From positions 32,001 through 96,000 of the forward strand of contig CAVPOM010000005.1 in NCBI GenBank assembly GCA_963707025.1: 64,000 bases of DNA, read 5' to 3'. Below, one piece after another: positions 21,543-31,362 of the stretch. How positions within the stretch are numbered: the stretch's first letter is position 1; every line of letters begins with the position of its first letter. The notes below the pieces were generated by a model, which worked only from the letters and a program-made list of their open reading frames with translations, was not told the DNA's origin and made no database searches. Source of the stretch: an uncultured Verrucomicrobiae bacterium (GTDB lineage Bacteria; Verrucomicrobiota; Verrucomicrobiia; Limisphaerales; Palsa-1400). Made by a program: the position numbers and the translations under genes.

Positions 21543-24500
21543 TCAGCGCGGGGTGATGGTTTCCGCGGTCTGGATGGTCACTGGCCCAAGCAGACCGGAT
21601 TTCAGCAGCGGCGAGTCCTTGGTGAAAGGCTCATAGGAACTCCAGGTGAACCGTTGCGCCACCGGCAGGGCCGCGTCGCCAATCATGCGGTTCGGCCAGA
21701 GATTGGCCACGCGGATTTCCAGGGTGTTGCCGCCGGGCTGCAACGCTCCGGCGATGTCCACGCGGAAGGGCGGCTTCCACAAAATGCCCAGGTCGCGGCC
21801 ATTGAGTTTGACCTGCGCCATCACCTGCACCTCGCCCAAGTCGAGCTGGATGGCGGCTTTTTGCCCGCCGTTGTTTGGCGCCGGATTCCAGTCGAACAAC
21901 TTGGTGTAGGTTGCCGTGCCGGAAAAATACTTGACGCCGGCATTGGTGGAATCGCTCAATGAGGCCAGGCGATCCAAGGTGATTTTGTCCGGCGCACCCC
22001 AGTTGGGCGGAAAGCGCACCTCCCACGGCCCGGTGATTTCCAGCGGCGCAGGGACGGCCGCGATTTCAGCGCGCAGCGTCCTGCCCTGCGCCGTTTTCAA
22101 TTCATAGTGACCCGGCTGCGAGGCCACGATACTGAGCCGCCCCGCGGCGTCGCAACGAAGTTCCGCCGCGGGGCTGACAGCCGCCACTGGCGCGACCAGG
22201 CGGATGGTGTCCGGGTCGCGTCCGCTGATTTTGAAGGGCTGCTGGTCGGCGGTGTATTCCACGACCAGAGTTTTGACGATGCCGTAGGCCGGATCATCGC
22301 CCTCGGCCATTTTGCTGACCTGAAAACTGAGTTCGCCACGGTCGGCCAGTCCCTGCACTTTGCTTTGCACGTCGCGTGTGCGCGGCGCGTCGCCCGGCAC
22401 GCCGTAGGCCGCTTTCGCAATCTTTATCACCGGTGACTTTGTCAGTGGCAGCGCCGGCTGGCCGTCATGCGTAAAACTTGCCACTGGATCAAACCGTTGC
22501 TGTTGCGGGCGAAAAACCACGAAAGTCGAACCGCTGGCCTCCAAGCGCAGCGGGACGGAAATGCCAGCCGTGTTTTCCTCGTAAACCGCCAGCGGAGAAA
22601 TTTCGCCGGTTTCGGGATTCCATAATTCGGGGCGCAAACCTTTCACCCGGAAATGGCATTGGGCCTGCACGGCGGCCGCCGTCTGGTTGGCCACAAAATA
22701 AAGCTGCGTATCGCCGGCCTGGCGGTGAATCCAGTTCAATTTCACCCCCGCCGAAAAGTCCGCCGGCGTCTGCAATTTCCCCAGAACCGCGTCCAACGGC
22801 TGGCCCCAAATCACCCGGCCCTTGCCGAAAGCATGTTCCGTCACGGTCCGGCCGTCGCAGTCGCCCCAAAGTTCCGCCGCCAGTTTGGCCACTTCCCCGT
22901 CGCCTTTTGGAAAATCCGAAAGGCTGGGTGAAGCGGTGGGAGGCGGGCCCAGCGCGGTGGCGCCGGCTTGGACGAGTTGTTTGATTTTTCGGACGAGCGC
23001 CGGCGTCATCAAAGCCGGCTTTCCCGGCAAGACCAACAGCCGGTAACTCATGCCCCCCGGCAGCACGAGGCGGCCGTTCTTCACACTCATCCGGGCCATC
23101 AGAGCTTCGGCGCTGCATTCATCGTATTTGTAACCGGCGGGCGCCTCGGGGACGGGCGTGAAATAGGTTTGGTCAGGCAACTGCGGACGCAGGCAACAGA
23201 GGTCGGCGACGAACCAGCCTTGCCGCAGCAGATACTGGCAGCGCGCCAGATATTCATGCCAGGCGCCGGACATTTCCCACCAAGTCTGGGTGCGTTCATA
23301 GTGCAAGCCCCACGGCCCCATCGTCGCGCCGGGCGCGCGGTCCAGATACGGCTGGTGCGCGTAACGGTGGATGACGAAACGGTTGATGCCCTCGCAAAAT
23401 TCATAATCGCCCAGCGCCTTGATCGTCGCGGGATGCTCTTTCCATTGCTCCCTGTCCCCCGAGGTGAACGCCTCCGCGCCGATGACCGGCCGCCCGTAAA
23501 TGTGCCCGACCGACGCCATCTGCCTTGCCTTGAGCTGCGTGACGGCCGCGCTGCTCTGTGTCCAGAACTCGCTCATCGGTTCGTCGGCGCGCGCGGTGTA
23601 AGTCGCCTCGTCGCCGAACGGCAGGTCGTAGCCTTCCAGGGTCAGGCGCATCCCATGGCGATGGGCCAGTTCCGCCAGCCGCCCGGTGTAATTCTCCGCG
23701 AGCAACTCGGCCAGCGTCTCCTCAAAATCCCAGCGGAAACGGGCCGCCGTGGTTTCGTCGCCGATGGTGTGCGAGGCGGGCGCGCGACCTCCCTGGTTGG
23801 CGATGCCGCCCACCTTGTTGAAGACGTCCGGCAGAAATGGAATCGGATCGTAGCCGCGCCGCTTCAGAAATTCCTGGCGAAACTTCGGCGTCCAGTTCTG
23901 GCCGCCAACCTCCCAACTGTCAATATGCGTCGCCACCAGCGCCTGGCCGTCCACCGGACCAGCCTGCGCGATGAGCTTGCCCATCATGCCGGCAAACTGG
24001 GCATCCATCCCCTCGCGGCTCAACTTGTCGCACTCCAGTCCGTTGCCGCCGAGCACCGTCGGACGCGTGCCCGCACCCGTCGTCGTGTGGCCGACGCGCT
24101 CAATCATCCAGCGGCCCGCCGGCACCCGCCAATTCAGGTGGCCGCCCGCGTCCAGCTTCGCCGTCAAATCCAGCACCGCCTCGCGCGGGACTACGCGGTT
24201 GGTCGTGTCGGGTATCGCCAGGACCGCGATGTCCCGATAGAAATCAGCGTATTGGATCGGGATGTCATTCCGCTGGCGGGAAGGCAGCGCGGGCCGGGGC
24301 AAGGCGGCGGAAAAATCGGCCGGGCCGGCGACCGCCAGGTTGGTCCAGACCAGCATCTGCATGGAAAGTTCCGGCGTGATCCACGGCCCGCTGCTGCCGC
24401 ACCAACCCGGGCCGTTGGTCATGTTAATCTCCAGACCCAGCCGCCTGGCCTCCGCCACCGCGAAGCGGAAAAGCTCCCGCCACTCCGCGTTCATGAAGGC

Positions 24501-24743
24501 CGCCGTGCCGCGCGGCGGCGCAAAGGGCTGCACCACGTCCATGATGATGACCCCGCCGATGCCCGCCCGCCGCATGGCTTCGAGGTCGGCGGTGATGCCG
24601 GCCTTGGTGACGTTGCCGTTGTTCCAAAACCAATAAACCCACGGCCGGGCCGAGACGGGCGGAGTGACGAATTGCGCGGCCAGGCCGCCGGCCAGCGCCG
24701 GCGCGGAACAAAGCGCCAGCATCAGAGCAATCAATAATTTCAT
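21543..24743 (-). CDS. Glycoside hydrolase family 106 (alpha-L-rhamnosidase-like), secreted
   Basis: PPVSARPWVYWFW, GITADLEAM, GWCGSSGPWITPE, GLECDKLS, HIDSWEVG, PMSEFW, AEAFT, VANLWPNRMIGD, SGLLGPV. Confidence 0.88.
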   Translation of the reverse strand: MKLLIALMLALCSAPALAGGLAAQFVTPPVSARPWVYWFWNNGNVTKAGITADLEAMRRAGIGGVIIMDVVQPFAPPRGTAAFMNAEWRELFRFAVAEARRLGLEINMTNGPGWCGSSGPWITPELSMQMLVWTNLAVAGPADFSAALPRPALPSRQRNDIPIQYADFYRDIAVLAIPDTTNRVVPREAVLDLTAKLDAGGHLNWRVPAGRWMIERVGHTTTGAGTRPTVLGGNGLECDKLSREGMDAQFAGMMGKLIAQAGPVDGQALVATHIDSWEVGGQNWTPKFRQEFLKRRGYDPIPFLPDVFNKVGGIANQGGRAPASHTIGDETTAARFRWDFEETLAELLAENYTGRLAELAHRHGMRLTLEGYDLPFGDEATYTARADEPMSEFWTQSSAAVTQLKARQMASVGHIYGRPVIGAEAFTSGDREQWKEHPATIKALGDYEFCEGINRFVIHRYAHQPYLDRAPGATMGPWGLHYERTQTWWEMSGAWHEYLARCQYLLRQGWFVADLCCLRPQLPDQTYFTPVPEAPAGYKYDECSAEALMARMSVKNGRLVLPGGMSYRLLVLPGKPALMTPALVRKIKQLVQAGATALGPPPTASPSLSDFPKGDGEVAKLAAELWGDCDGRTVTEHAFGKGRVIWGQPLDAVLGKLQTPADFSAGVKLNWIHRQAGDTQLYFVANQTAAAVQAQCHFRVKGLRPELWNPETGEISPLAVYEENTAGISVPLRLEASGSTFVVFRPQQQRFDPVASFTHDGQPALPLTKSPVIKIAKAAYGVPGDAPRTRDVQSKVQGLADRGELSFQVSKMAEGDDPAYGIVKTLVVEYTADQQPFKISGRDPDTIRLVAPVAAVSPAAELRCDAAGRLSIVASQPGHYELKTAQGRTLRAEIAAVPAPLEITGPWEVRFPPNWGAPDKITLDRLASLSDSTNAGVKYFSGTATYTKLFDWNPAPNNGGQKAAIQLDLGEVQVMAQVKLNGRDLGILWKPPFRVDIAGALQPGGNTLEIRVANLWPNRMIGDAALPVAQRFTWSSYEPFTKDSPLLKSGLLGPVTIQTAETITPR

Positions 24744-24818
24744 GTTCGTCTTTCTGAATGATGTGCGACGAGCCGGCCGCCGATGCAGCCCGCGCCGCCG
24801 TTGAGGAGAATCTTCATT

Positions 24819-25898
24819 TCAAAGACTCTCCACCAGCCGGTTCATGGCCGGTTCCTGCCGCTCGATGGACTCGACCAGTTTGAACTGGGTGCGGCAGCGG
24901 TCCAGGTTGTGGCCGTCGCGGTGGACCTTGAAATAGGTGTCGCCCGCCAGAAAATCGGTGAGGAAGCGCAGGCCAATCTCAAAGGTGATGAGCTTGCCGG
25001 AGAAGGGCAGGAGCTTCTTCTCGGCCGGCGTCAGGAATTCCGCCGCCGCGCTCCAGTAGCCGCGCGCCAGCGCCTCGAACATGGGCAACTGCAAGGTCAC
25101 TTTCGACAAATCGCGCTCGTCCTCCCGGGCCGGGCTGGTGGTGGTGCGCACCATGTCGCCAAAATCGTAGAGCGCCAGGCCGGGCATGACCGTATCCAGG
25201 TCAATCACGCAAATGCCCTCGCCCGTGGCGTCGTCGAGCAGGACGTTGTTGAACTTGGTGTCGTTGTGCGTCACGCGCTCCGGCAGTTTGGCATCGAGCA
25301 GGACACTGCAAATCGCCTTGCGGCGCAAGGCAAATTCAATTTCCGGCCGCGCCAGCCGGGCGCGGTTGACGGCGTCAGCCTCGATCGCCTTTTCCAGGGC
25401 GGCGAAGCGTTTGGGGGTGTGATGAAAATCAGGAATGGTGTCGTGCAGGCGCGGCAGGGGCAAATCGGCCAGCAGTTCTTGGAACCGGCCGAAGGCCTGG
25501 GCCGCGGCCAGCGCCTGCGCCGGATTTTCCACCGCGTCGTAGGCGCGCGCGGCCTCGATGAAAAGGTAGGCGCGCCAGTGGTTGTCCGCGTCGTCCCGGA
25601 AAAAGGCCGCGCCGGAGCGGGCCGGGATGAGGGTCAGGACGCGGCGGCTTGCGCCGGGTTCGCCCGCCACCTTGCCGCCCAGATGCGCCGTGACGCGCCG
25701 GACGTTTTCCATGAGTGCCACGGGCTGCCGGAAGATGTGGTGGTTGATGCGCTGAAGAATGTAGCGGACGCGCGCGCCGCCCGCCTGGAAAACGACGCAA
25801 TAGGTGTCGTTGATGTGACCGCTGCCGTAAGAGGCGGCCTCCAGAAACTGGCCGTGGATTTGGAACTGCCCGGCGATGGCGCGAAGGTCGTATTGCAT
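24819..25898 (-). CDS. Aminoglycoside-phosphotransferase-fold sugar kinase (N-acetylhexosamine 1-kinase NahK-like / AmgK-like)
   Basis: GSGHINDTY, YILQRIN, TIPDFHHTP, HNDTKFNN, IDLDTVMPG, YDFGD, RFLTDFLAGDTYF. Confidence 0.85.
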   Translation of the reverse strand: MQYDLRAIAGQFQIHGQFLEAASYGSGHINDTYCVVFQAGGARVRYILQRINHHIFRQPVALMENVRRVTAHLGGKVAGEPGASRRVLTLIPARSGAAFFRDDADNHWRAYLFIEAARAYDAVENPAQALAAAQAFGRFQELLADLPLPRLHDTIPDFHHTPKRFAALEKAIEADAVNRARLARPEIEFALRRKAICSVLLDAKLPERVTHNDTKFNNVLLDDATGEGICVIDLDTVMPGLALYDFGDMVRTTTSPAREDERDLSKVTLQLPMFEALARGYWSAAAEFLTPAEKKLLPFSGKLITFEIGLRFLTDFLAGDTYFKVHRDGHNLDRCRTQFKLVESIERQEPAMNRLVESL

Positions 25899-25915
25899 GT
25901 TCAGGTTCGGAATTT

Positions 25916-26710
25916 CTAGTTTTCCTTGAAGTGCTGCCACTCCGGTTCACTGTCAAATATCCAGCGGTAGTATTCGACCTCTTCCAGGTTGGCGGCGGCG
26001 GCCTCGTCCACCACCACGGTGCAATGGGCGTGGAGTTGCAGGGCCGAGGCGGTCACGCGGCTGGTGATGGGGCCTTCCACGGCCTGGGCGATTATCCCGG
26101 CCTTCTCCTGGCCGGTGGCCAGAAGAAGACACCGCCGGGATTCCAATATGGTGCCGACACCCATGGTGATGGCCCGGCGGGGCACCTGGCCCGCATCCCC
26201 GCCAAACATTCCGGCGTTCTGTTCCAGGGTGGAGCGCATCAGGGTCTTGTCGCGGGTGCGCGAGCGCAGGGCGGACATGGGTTCATTAAACCCGATGTGC
26301 CCGGCGCGGCCGATGCCCAGCAGTTGCAGATCAATGCCGCGGCATTCCACGATCCAGCGCTCGTAACGGAGACATTCCGCCCCCAGATCCGGGGCGGTCC
26401 CGTCGGGCAGATGGGTGTTCTTGAGGTCAATGTCCACCTTGGAAAACAGATGCCGGTTCATATATTGCCGATAGGAGGCAGGATGCTCCGGCGGCAGGCC
26501 GATATACTCATCCAGGTTGAAGGTTCGGCAGGCGGCAAAGCTCACCCCCTCTTCGCGGTGCAAACGCGCCAGATGCGCATAAACGGCTTCCATCGTCCGG
26601 CCCGTGGCCAGGCCCAAAACGAGATTGGGTTTGCGCCGAATCTCGCTGGCGATAACCCGGGCGACCAACAGGGCCGCGGCGGCGGCATCGGGTTGGAGAA
26701 TAACTTCCAT
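25916..26710 (-). CDS. nagB: Glucosamine-6-phosphate deaminase
   Basis: VLGLATGRT, FNLDEY, LQLLGIGRAGHIGFNEP, AITMGVGTI, ASALQLH. Confidence 0.95.
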   Translation of the reverse strand: MEVILQPDAAAAALLVARVIASEIRRKPNLVLGLATGRTMEAVYAHLARLHREEGVSFAACRTFNLDEYIGLPPEHPASYRQYMNRHLFSKVDIDLKNTHLPDGTAPDLGAECLRYERWIVECRGIDLQLLGIGRAGHIGFNEPMSALRSRTRDKTLMRSTLEQNAGMFGGDAGQVPRRAITMGVGTILESRRCLLLATGQEKAGIIAQAVEGPITSRVTASALQLHAHCTVVVDEAAAANLEEVEYYRWIFDSEPEWQHFKEN

Positions 26711-26711
26711 G

Positions 26712-27788
26712 TCAGGCCCCATACTCCCTGGCGTTGACTCCGGAGGAAACCAACACCTTGCGATCAGGGAGGGACTGCCTCAGGGCAGCGAGTTCGTCCA
26801 TGCCGGCGCCCAGCGGCAGCGCGATCTGCCCGCCGCAAGCCGCCGCTCGTTGCATGGCCAGCATGATTTCGGCGCCCTGGCAGGCGCTCTCGAACCGGCA
26901 CGGATGCGGTTTGGCATTGTCATCCAGCCAGTCGGCCATGTCTTGGATGTAGGGCGGCATGTCCAGGTCGTAATTCATCGCCCCCTCGCCGGTCTGATAT
27001 CCCCCGCTCTTGGTAACGGCCCGCCAGCCGCCGTTGGTCAAAACTTCGGCGAATCCTTCCGTGCCCTGCGCGCCCATCCGGCATTTGCCCCACCACTTGG
27101 CCACTTCCGGCTGGTCGGGGGCGCCGGCGCCGCATTCATAAATCCCGCGCACGCCGTTGGCGTATTGCACAAATCCGGCAATGTAGTCGGGGGAGGGATG
27201 AACGTCGTTGAGCTTGCCGCGTCCGGCCGCCGAAGCCATCACCCATTGCGCCTCCGCTTCGCCATTGAACCAGCGGGTGTAGTCAATGAGGTGTGACAAC
27301 ATGTGCGTCATCCAGCCGGTCGCGTTGCCGTAAACGGTGTGGATGCGCCCCAGCGCCCCGCTGGCAATGATCTCCCTGACCTTGCGATAATGGGCGCCAT
27401 AGCGATGCTGGTGGCTGACCACCGCCTTGACTCCGGCTTTCTGGATCAGGTCGCGCACGGCGAAGAGTTCGCGGCTCGTCAGGGCCACGGGTTTTTCAAA
27501 GGCGATGAGCTTGACCCCCGCGCTCACGGCAGCCTGGATCATCGGGGTGCGCAGGTTCGGCAGGGTGCAGAAGCAGAAAATGTCCGGCTTCACCTCCGCC
27601 GCCAGGGCGGCCGCGTCCGTCCCGGTCTTGACGCCGCCGCCGAGTTTGGCGGCGGCCGCCTCCAGCCGGGCGGCGTCAATGTCGCACAAGGCGGCAATGC
27701 GAAAGCGGGGATTGGCCTTGAAGCCTGTGGCGTGATGAAGACCGCGTTTGCCGATTCCGACAATCATGGTTGAATACTGCTTGGTCAT
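26712..27788 (-). CDS. Gfo/Idh/MocA family oxidoreductase
   Basis: IVGIGKRG, FEKPVA, HQHRYG; translationally coupled within the operon. Confidence 0.85.
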   Translation of the reverse strand: MTKQYSTMIVGIGKRGLHHATGFKANPRFRIAALCDIDAARLEAAAAKLGGGVKTGTDAAALAAEVKPDIFCFCTLPNLRTPMIQAAVSAGVKLIAFEKPVALTSRELFAVRDLIQKAGVKAVVSHQHRYGAHYRKVREIIASGALGRIHTVYGNATGWMTHMLSHLIDYTRWFNGEAEAQWVMASAAGRGKLNDVHPSPDYIAGFVQYANGVRGIYECGAGAPDQPEVAKWWGKCRMGAQGTEGFAEVLTNGGWRAVTKSGGYQTGEGAMNYDLDMPPYIQDMADWLDDNAKPHPCRFESACQGAEIMLAMQRAAACGGQIALPLGAGMDELAALRQSLPDRKVLVSSGVNAREYGA

Positions 27789-27823
27789 GCGTGTACCGGC
27801 TAATGGCGCCGTATTGAAAAAAA

Positions 27824-28957
27824 CTAGCTGTTGGCCTTGTCCCATTCCAGGCACTTCTGCGTCACGTAATCCACCTCCCCGGCGGTCAGCTCGCCGTACA
27901 TGGGCAGGCTGATGCAAGTGGCGGAAATGCGTTCGGCGTTGGCGACCGTGCCGGCGATGCGGGCGCTCTTGCCCCACGGATAGCCGGCCTGCTGGTGAAT
28001 GGCGATGGAATAGTGCGTTTTGGCGTCAATACCATTTTTAACCAGCCAATCCACGAAGGCGTCGCGCTTGCCGGCGTCCTTGGCTTCGATGACATACAAA
28101 TGCCAGACATGCCGGTAACCGGGCTGGTGATACGGCAACGTAAAGGTTGCGGCTTGCTTGAGGCCGGCCGTGTAGCGCGCGGCCCACTTGATGCGGTTGT
28201 CGTTCCACTCGTGGATATGTTTGAGCTTGGCGCTTAATATGCCGGCATGAATGTCGTCCAGGCGGCTGTTGTAACCAAAGCTGTGAACGTTGCGGGCCGG
28301 GGAACCGTGGTTGCGCAGCAGCCGGGCGGTGCTGTTGATTTTGTCATTGTTGGTGACAATCGCGCCGCTGTCGCCGAACGTGCCCAGGTTCTTCTGGACG
28401 ATGAAGCTGATGGTGATCGCGTCGCTCAATTCGCCCACCTTGAACGTGTCGCCGGCGGCGTCAATGCCCTGGGCGTTGTCTTCGACGAGGAAAAGCTGGT
28501 GTTTGACTGCAATCTTTTTAATGGCGGGCATGTCGGCGCATTGTCCATAAAGGTGAACCGGGATGATGGCCTTGGTCTTGGGCGTGATGGCCGCCTCGAT
28601 TTTCGCCGGATCAATGCACTTGGTCTTCGGCTCGCAATCCACGAACACCGCCGTCGCCCCCGTGATCCAGATCGCTTCCGCCGTCGCGAAAAAGGTGTTC
28701 GGATGGGTGATGACTTCGTCGCCGGGGCCGATGCCCAGCCCCATCAGCGCCAGCCAGATGGCGTCGGTGCCGTTGCCCACGCCGATGGCGTATTTCATGC
28801 CGTGGAACCCGGCCAGCTCCTTTTCGAACTGCTTGTTCATCGGCCCCTGCACATATTCGCCGCTCTCCAGCACCCGCTTGATGTTCGCGTCAATCTCCGC
28901 CTGGATATTGTGGTACTGGCGGACGTGACCGTAAAATCTGACTTTCATTTGACTCAT
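27824..28957 (-). CDS. DegT/DnrJ/EryC1/StrS family PLP-dependent sugar aminotransferase
   Basis: VGNGTDA, NTFFATAEAI, PVHLYG, EDNAQ, SFIVQKNLG (PLP lysine), GYNSRLD, SLPM. Confidence 0.93.
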   Translation of the reverse strand: MSQMKVRFYGHVRQYHNIQAEIDANIKRVLESGEYVQGPMNKQFEKELAGFHGMKYAIGVGNGTDAIWLALMGLGIGPGDEVITHPNTFFATAEAIWITGATAVFVDCEPKTKCIDPAKIEAAITPKTKAIIPVHLYGQCADMPAIKKIAVKHQLFLVEDNAQGIDAAGDTFKVGELSDAITISFIVQKNLGTFGDSGAIVTNNDKINSTARLLRNHGSPARNVHSFGYNSRLDDIHAGILSAKLKHIHEWNDNRIKWAARYTAGLKQAATFTLPYHQPGYRHVWHLYVIEAKDAGKRDAFVDWLVKNGIDAKTHYSIAIHQQAGYPWGKSARIAGTVANAERISATCISLPMYGELTAGEVDYVTQKCLEWDKANS

Positions 28958-29102
28958 TTTTGTTTCCTCTATCTTTTGGTTTGATTCGTTTTCATGGCCC
29001 GCGCTTTTCGCGCAGGCAAAGAATGTCTTTCGTCGGGTTCTTCAGGGCGCCAGCCTGCGGACTGGCCGCAGGGTGGTCTATAGCTGTCATTTGCCCCACC
29101 GC

Positions 29103-29957
29103 TCATCTGCCCAACCGACTGAACAATTTCTTGCGCACATCGCTTTCGAGCGCCTTGATGAAGGTGACGACATACTCAACCAGGTCGCGCGAATTATCCA
29201 CCACCAAAGGCGTCAAATCCATGCCGAAAATGAGCTGGTTGGCCTTGTCCGTGGCGTGCGACTCGAAGAAGGTCGCGTTGGCTGCGCGCCGGCCCAGCGT
29301 CGCCAGATCGTAGCGTTTGCCGCCGGCAATCTGCGAATCAAAAACGCCGTTGAGCGCCGCCGCCAGGTGGTCGTGCCCGCTCACGTCCATCACCACTTTG
29401 GCCGCGTCCGGCAGCCAGTCGAGATTGCGCCAGACCTCGCAGCCGATGACTTTTTTCGGGCGCTGTTCGCCCGGCAGTTCGCGCATCGCCTGCAAGGCCG
29501 CGACGACCACTCCGAGGTGCGTGTCGTGCTTGTCCGCCAGATTGTGCGTATAGACCACTGCCGGGCGCGTCACCGCCAGAATTTCCTTTAAATCATTTTT
29601 GAGGGCCGTGTCGCTGGCGCTTTTGACCGCGCTGCTCGGATAATCCAGTTGGAACATCACGCCGTATTGGCCGACGATGGCGGCGCTGTTCTGTTCCGCG
29701 CGGCGGACGGCCATCATCTGCGCGTCGGAAAATTTTTCATACGCGCCCGTGCGGGAGCTGCCCGAACCGTTCGTGCAAGTCACGCCGCCAAACCATTTTT
29801 TATCGTTGGCGTAACATTGCAAAATGCCGTGAAACGCCATGAACTCCAGATCGTCCTGATGCGCGCCGATGCCCAGATGGGTGATGCGCCGGAGCGCGTC
29901 CGCGACCGGTTTTCCGTCCGGCACAAAAACCCGCGCCGTTGCTTGATGCAGCTTCAT
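29103..29957 (-). CDS. PIG-L/LmbE family de-N-acetylase
   Basis: GAHQDDLE zinc motif, RRAEQ, THNLADKHDTH, FDSQIAGGKRYD. Confidence 0.88.
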   Translation of the reverse strand: MKLHQATARVFVPDGKPVADALRRITHLGIGAHQDDLEFMAFHGILQCYANDKKWFGGVTCTNGSGSSRTGAYEKFSDAQMMAVRRAEQNSAAIVGQYGVMFQLDYPSSAVKSASDTALKNDLKEILAVTRPAVVYTHNLADKHDTHLGVVVAALQAMRELPGEQRPKKVIGCEVWRNLDWLPDAAKVVMDVSGHDHLAAALNGVFDSQIAGGKRYDLATLGRRAANATFFESHATDKANQLIFGMDLTPLVVDNSRDLVEYVVTFIKALESDVRKKLFSRLGR

Positions 29958-29961
29958 AATT

Positions 29962-31335
29962 CTATTTCTTTAATTCCGGCAGGCTGGCCGCCGCCACCGC
30001 CTGGCCAACGCGCCGTGATGCTTCGTCCGGCACATGCAGCGCAATTTTTTCCGCCACCGCCGGGAACTCTTTGTTCAAAACCTGCCGCGCCTTGTCGAGC
30101 ACAATGTCGCCGCCCTGCCCGGTGGTGACGCGGCCCAGAATGAGGGCATGTTGGAAATCGTAAAAGTCCGCGTAGTGGGCCAGGGCGCAGCCGAGATAGA
30201 CACCGATGGTCTCGTAAACTTTCGCGGCGCGGGGATCCCCCTTCGCCAGCAGCGCCTGCACTTCCTGCAGACGTTCGGGCAGGCCCATTCTTTCCGGCAG
30301 CGCTATTTTGGCGGCGGGCAGAAGTTTGTTGACCGCCTGCTGCGAAAAATAAAGCGCGCCCACGCCCCGGTCGCCGGACCATTCATCGGCGGCGGCGCCG
30401 GGATTGTAATCCACCGGCGCGAAGGCCAGCTCGTTCAGCCAGCCAAGGATGCGGCCCTGCCGGTCCATGAAGCCCGCCGCCTGGCTCGAACCCATGGCGA
30501 TGCCCAGCAGGCCTTTTTTGCGGAGCGAAAGCGCGCCCGCCAGCGCGGTCACGTCGCCGTCGTTCATCACCATGACCGGGACGTTCCATTCGCGCTGGAT
30601 GCGTTTGAAAAGGCCCGCCGCCTTTGGAAAATCTTTTTTCGGAATGGCGCGCAGGAGCGAGGCCACGCGGATTTCATTGTCCACAATCACGCCGGCCGAA
30701 CTGCCGCCGATGGCGTCCACGCGCGGCAGATGGGCGGCGGCGCGATGGAGCGCGGCGGAAAGGTGATGATAATGATAATCCGAATTTGCCTGGCTCTTCG
30801 GGTCCCAAGGCGCTTCCTCGGTAAAAATGGCCGCGCCCTCCACGACCGCCGAAACCTTGTAATCGCTGGCCCCGAGGTCAAAGCCGATGCGGCAGCCCTT
30901 GAGATGGCCGCCCGCCGCCACTTCCATCTCGCGGTTGGCGGGAACTTTTTCCGGCACGGTAACGACCACCTGGAATTTTTTGCCGTAAGCCGCGCCCATC
31001 AAGTCACAGTCGAATTTCCTTGCGCCGGTTGGCGAGTAGGTTTTGCGGATGAATGCGCCGGCGGCCTTCGGCCCGCCGATGAATACTTTCCAGCCGCCGC
31101 GGGCCCACAACAGAAATTTCACGGTGCGCTCGACATGCTGGAGCGTGGCGGGGCCGGCGTCAGTAAGCACGCAAGTTTCATAACGCGATACCAGGCCGCG
31201 TTCGCGTTCCAGACCGATGACCAGCGGCACGGCCCGGCCGGTTTTTTTCGCGGCGGCGAGATAATGGCGATGGAAGAGCACTGCCGGCTGGAATCCAGGG
31301 TCGAGCGGTGGAAGGAAGCTTGCTTTGATGTCCAT
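29962..31335 (-). CDS. ROK-family sugar kinase with extended N-terminus
   Basis: IGFDLGASD, NDGDVTALAG, GIAMGSSQAAG, WLNELAFAP, YFSQQAV. Confidence 0.85.
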   Translation of the reverse strand: MDIKASFLPPLDPGFQPAVLFHRHYLAAAKKTGRAVPLVIGLERERGLVSRYETCVLTDAGPATLQHVERTVKFLLWARGGWKVFIGGPKAAGAFIRKTYSPTGARKFDCDLMGAAYGKKFQVVVTVPEKVPANREMEVAAGGHLKGCRIGFDLGASDYKVSAVVEGAAIFTEEAPWDPKSQANSDYHYHHLSAALHRAAAHLPRVDAIGGSSAGVIVDNEIRVASLLRAIPKKDFPKAAGLFKRIQREWNVPVMVMNDGDVTALAGALSLRKKGLLGIAMGSSQAAGFMDRQGRILGWLNELAFAPVDYNPGAAADEWSGDRGVGALYFSQQAVNKLLPAAKIALPERMGLPERLQEVQALLAKGDPRAAKVYETIGVYLGCALAHYADFYDFQHALILGRVTTGQGGDIVLDKARQVLNKEFPAVAEKIALHVPDEASRRVGQAVAAASLPELKK

Positions 31336-31362
31336 GGCTGCTTGGAGTGGAACGGTGCCGCG

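Noticed and set aside
29040..29100. GCGCCAG plus hairpin, reminiscent of the glmS ribozyme
   Set aside because: On the opposite strand to the operon and lacks the downstream GACGAGG core.
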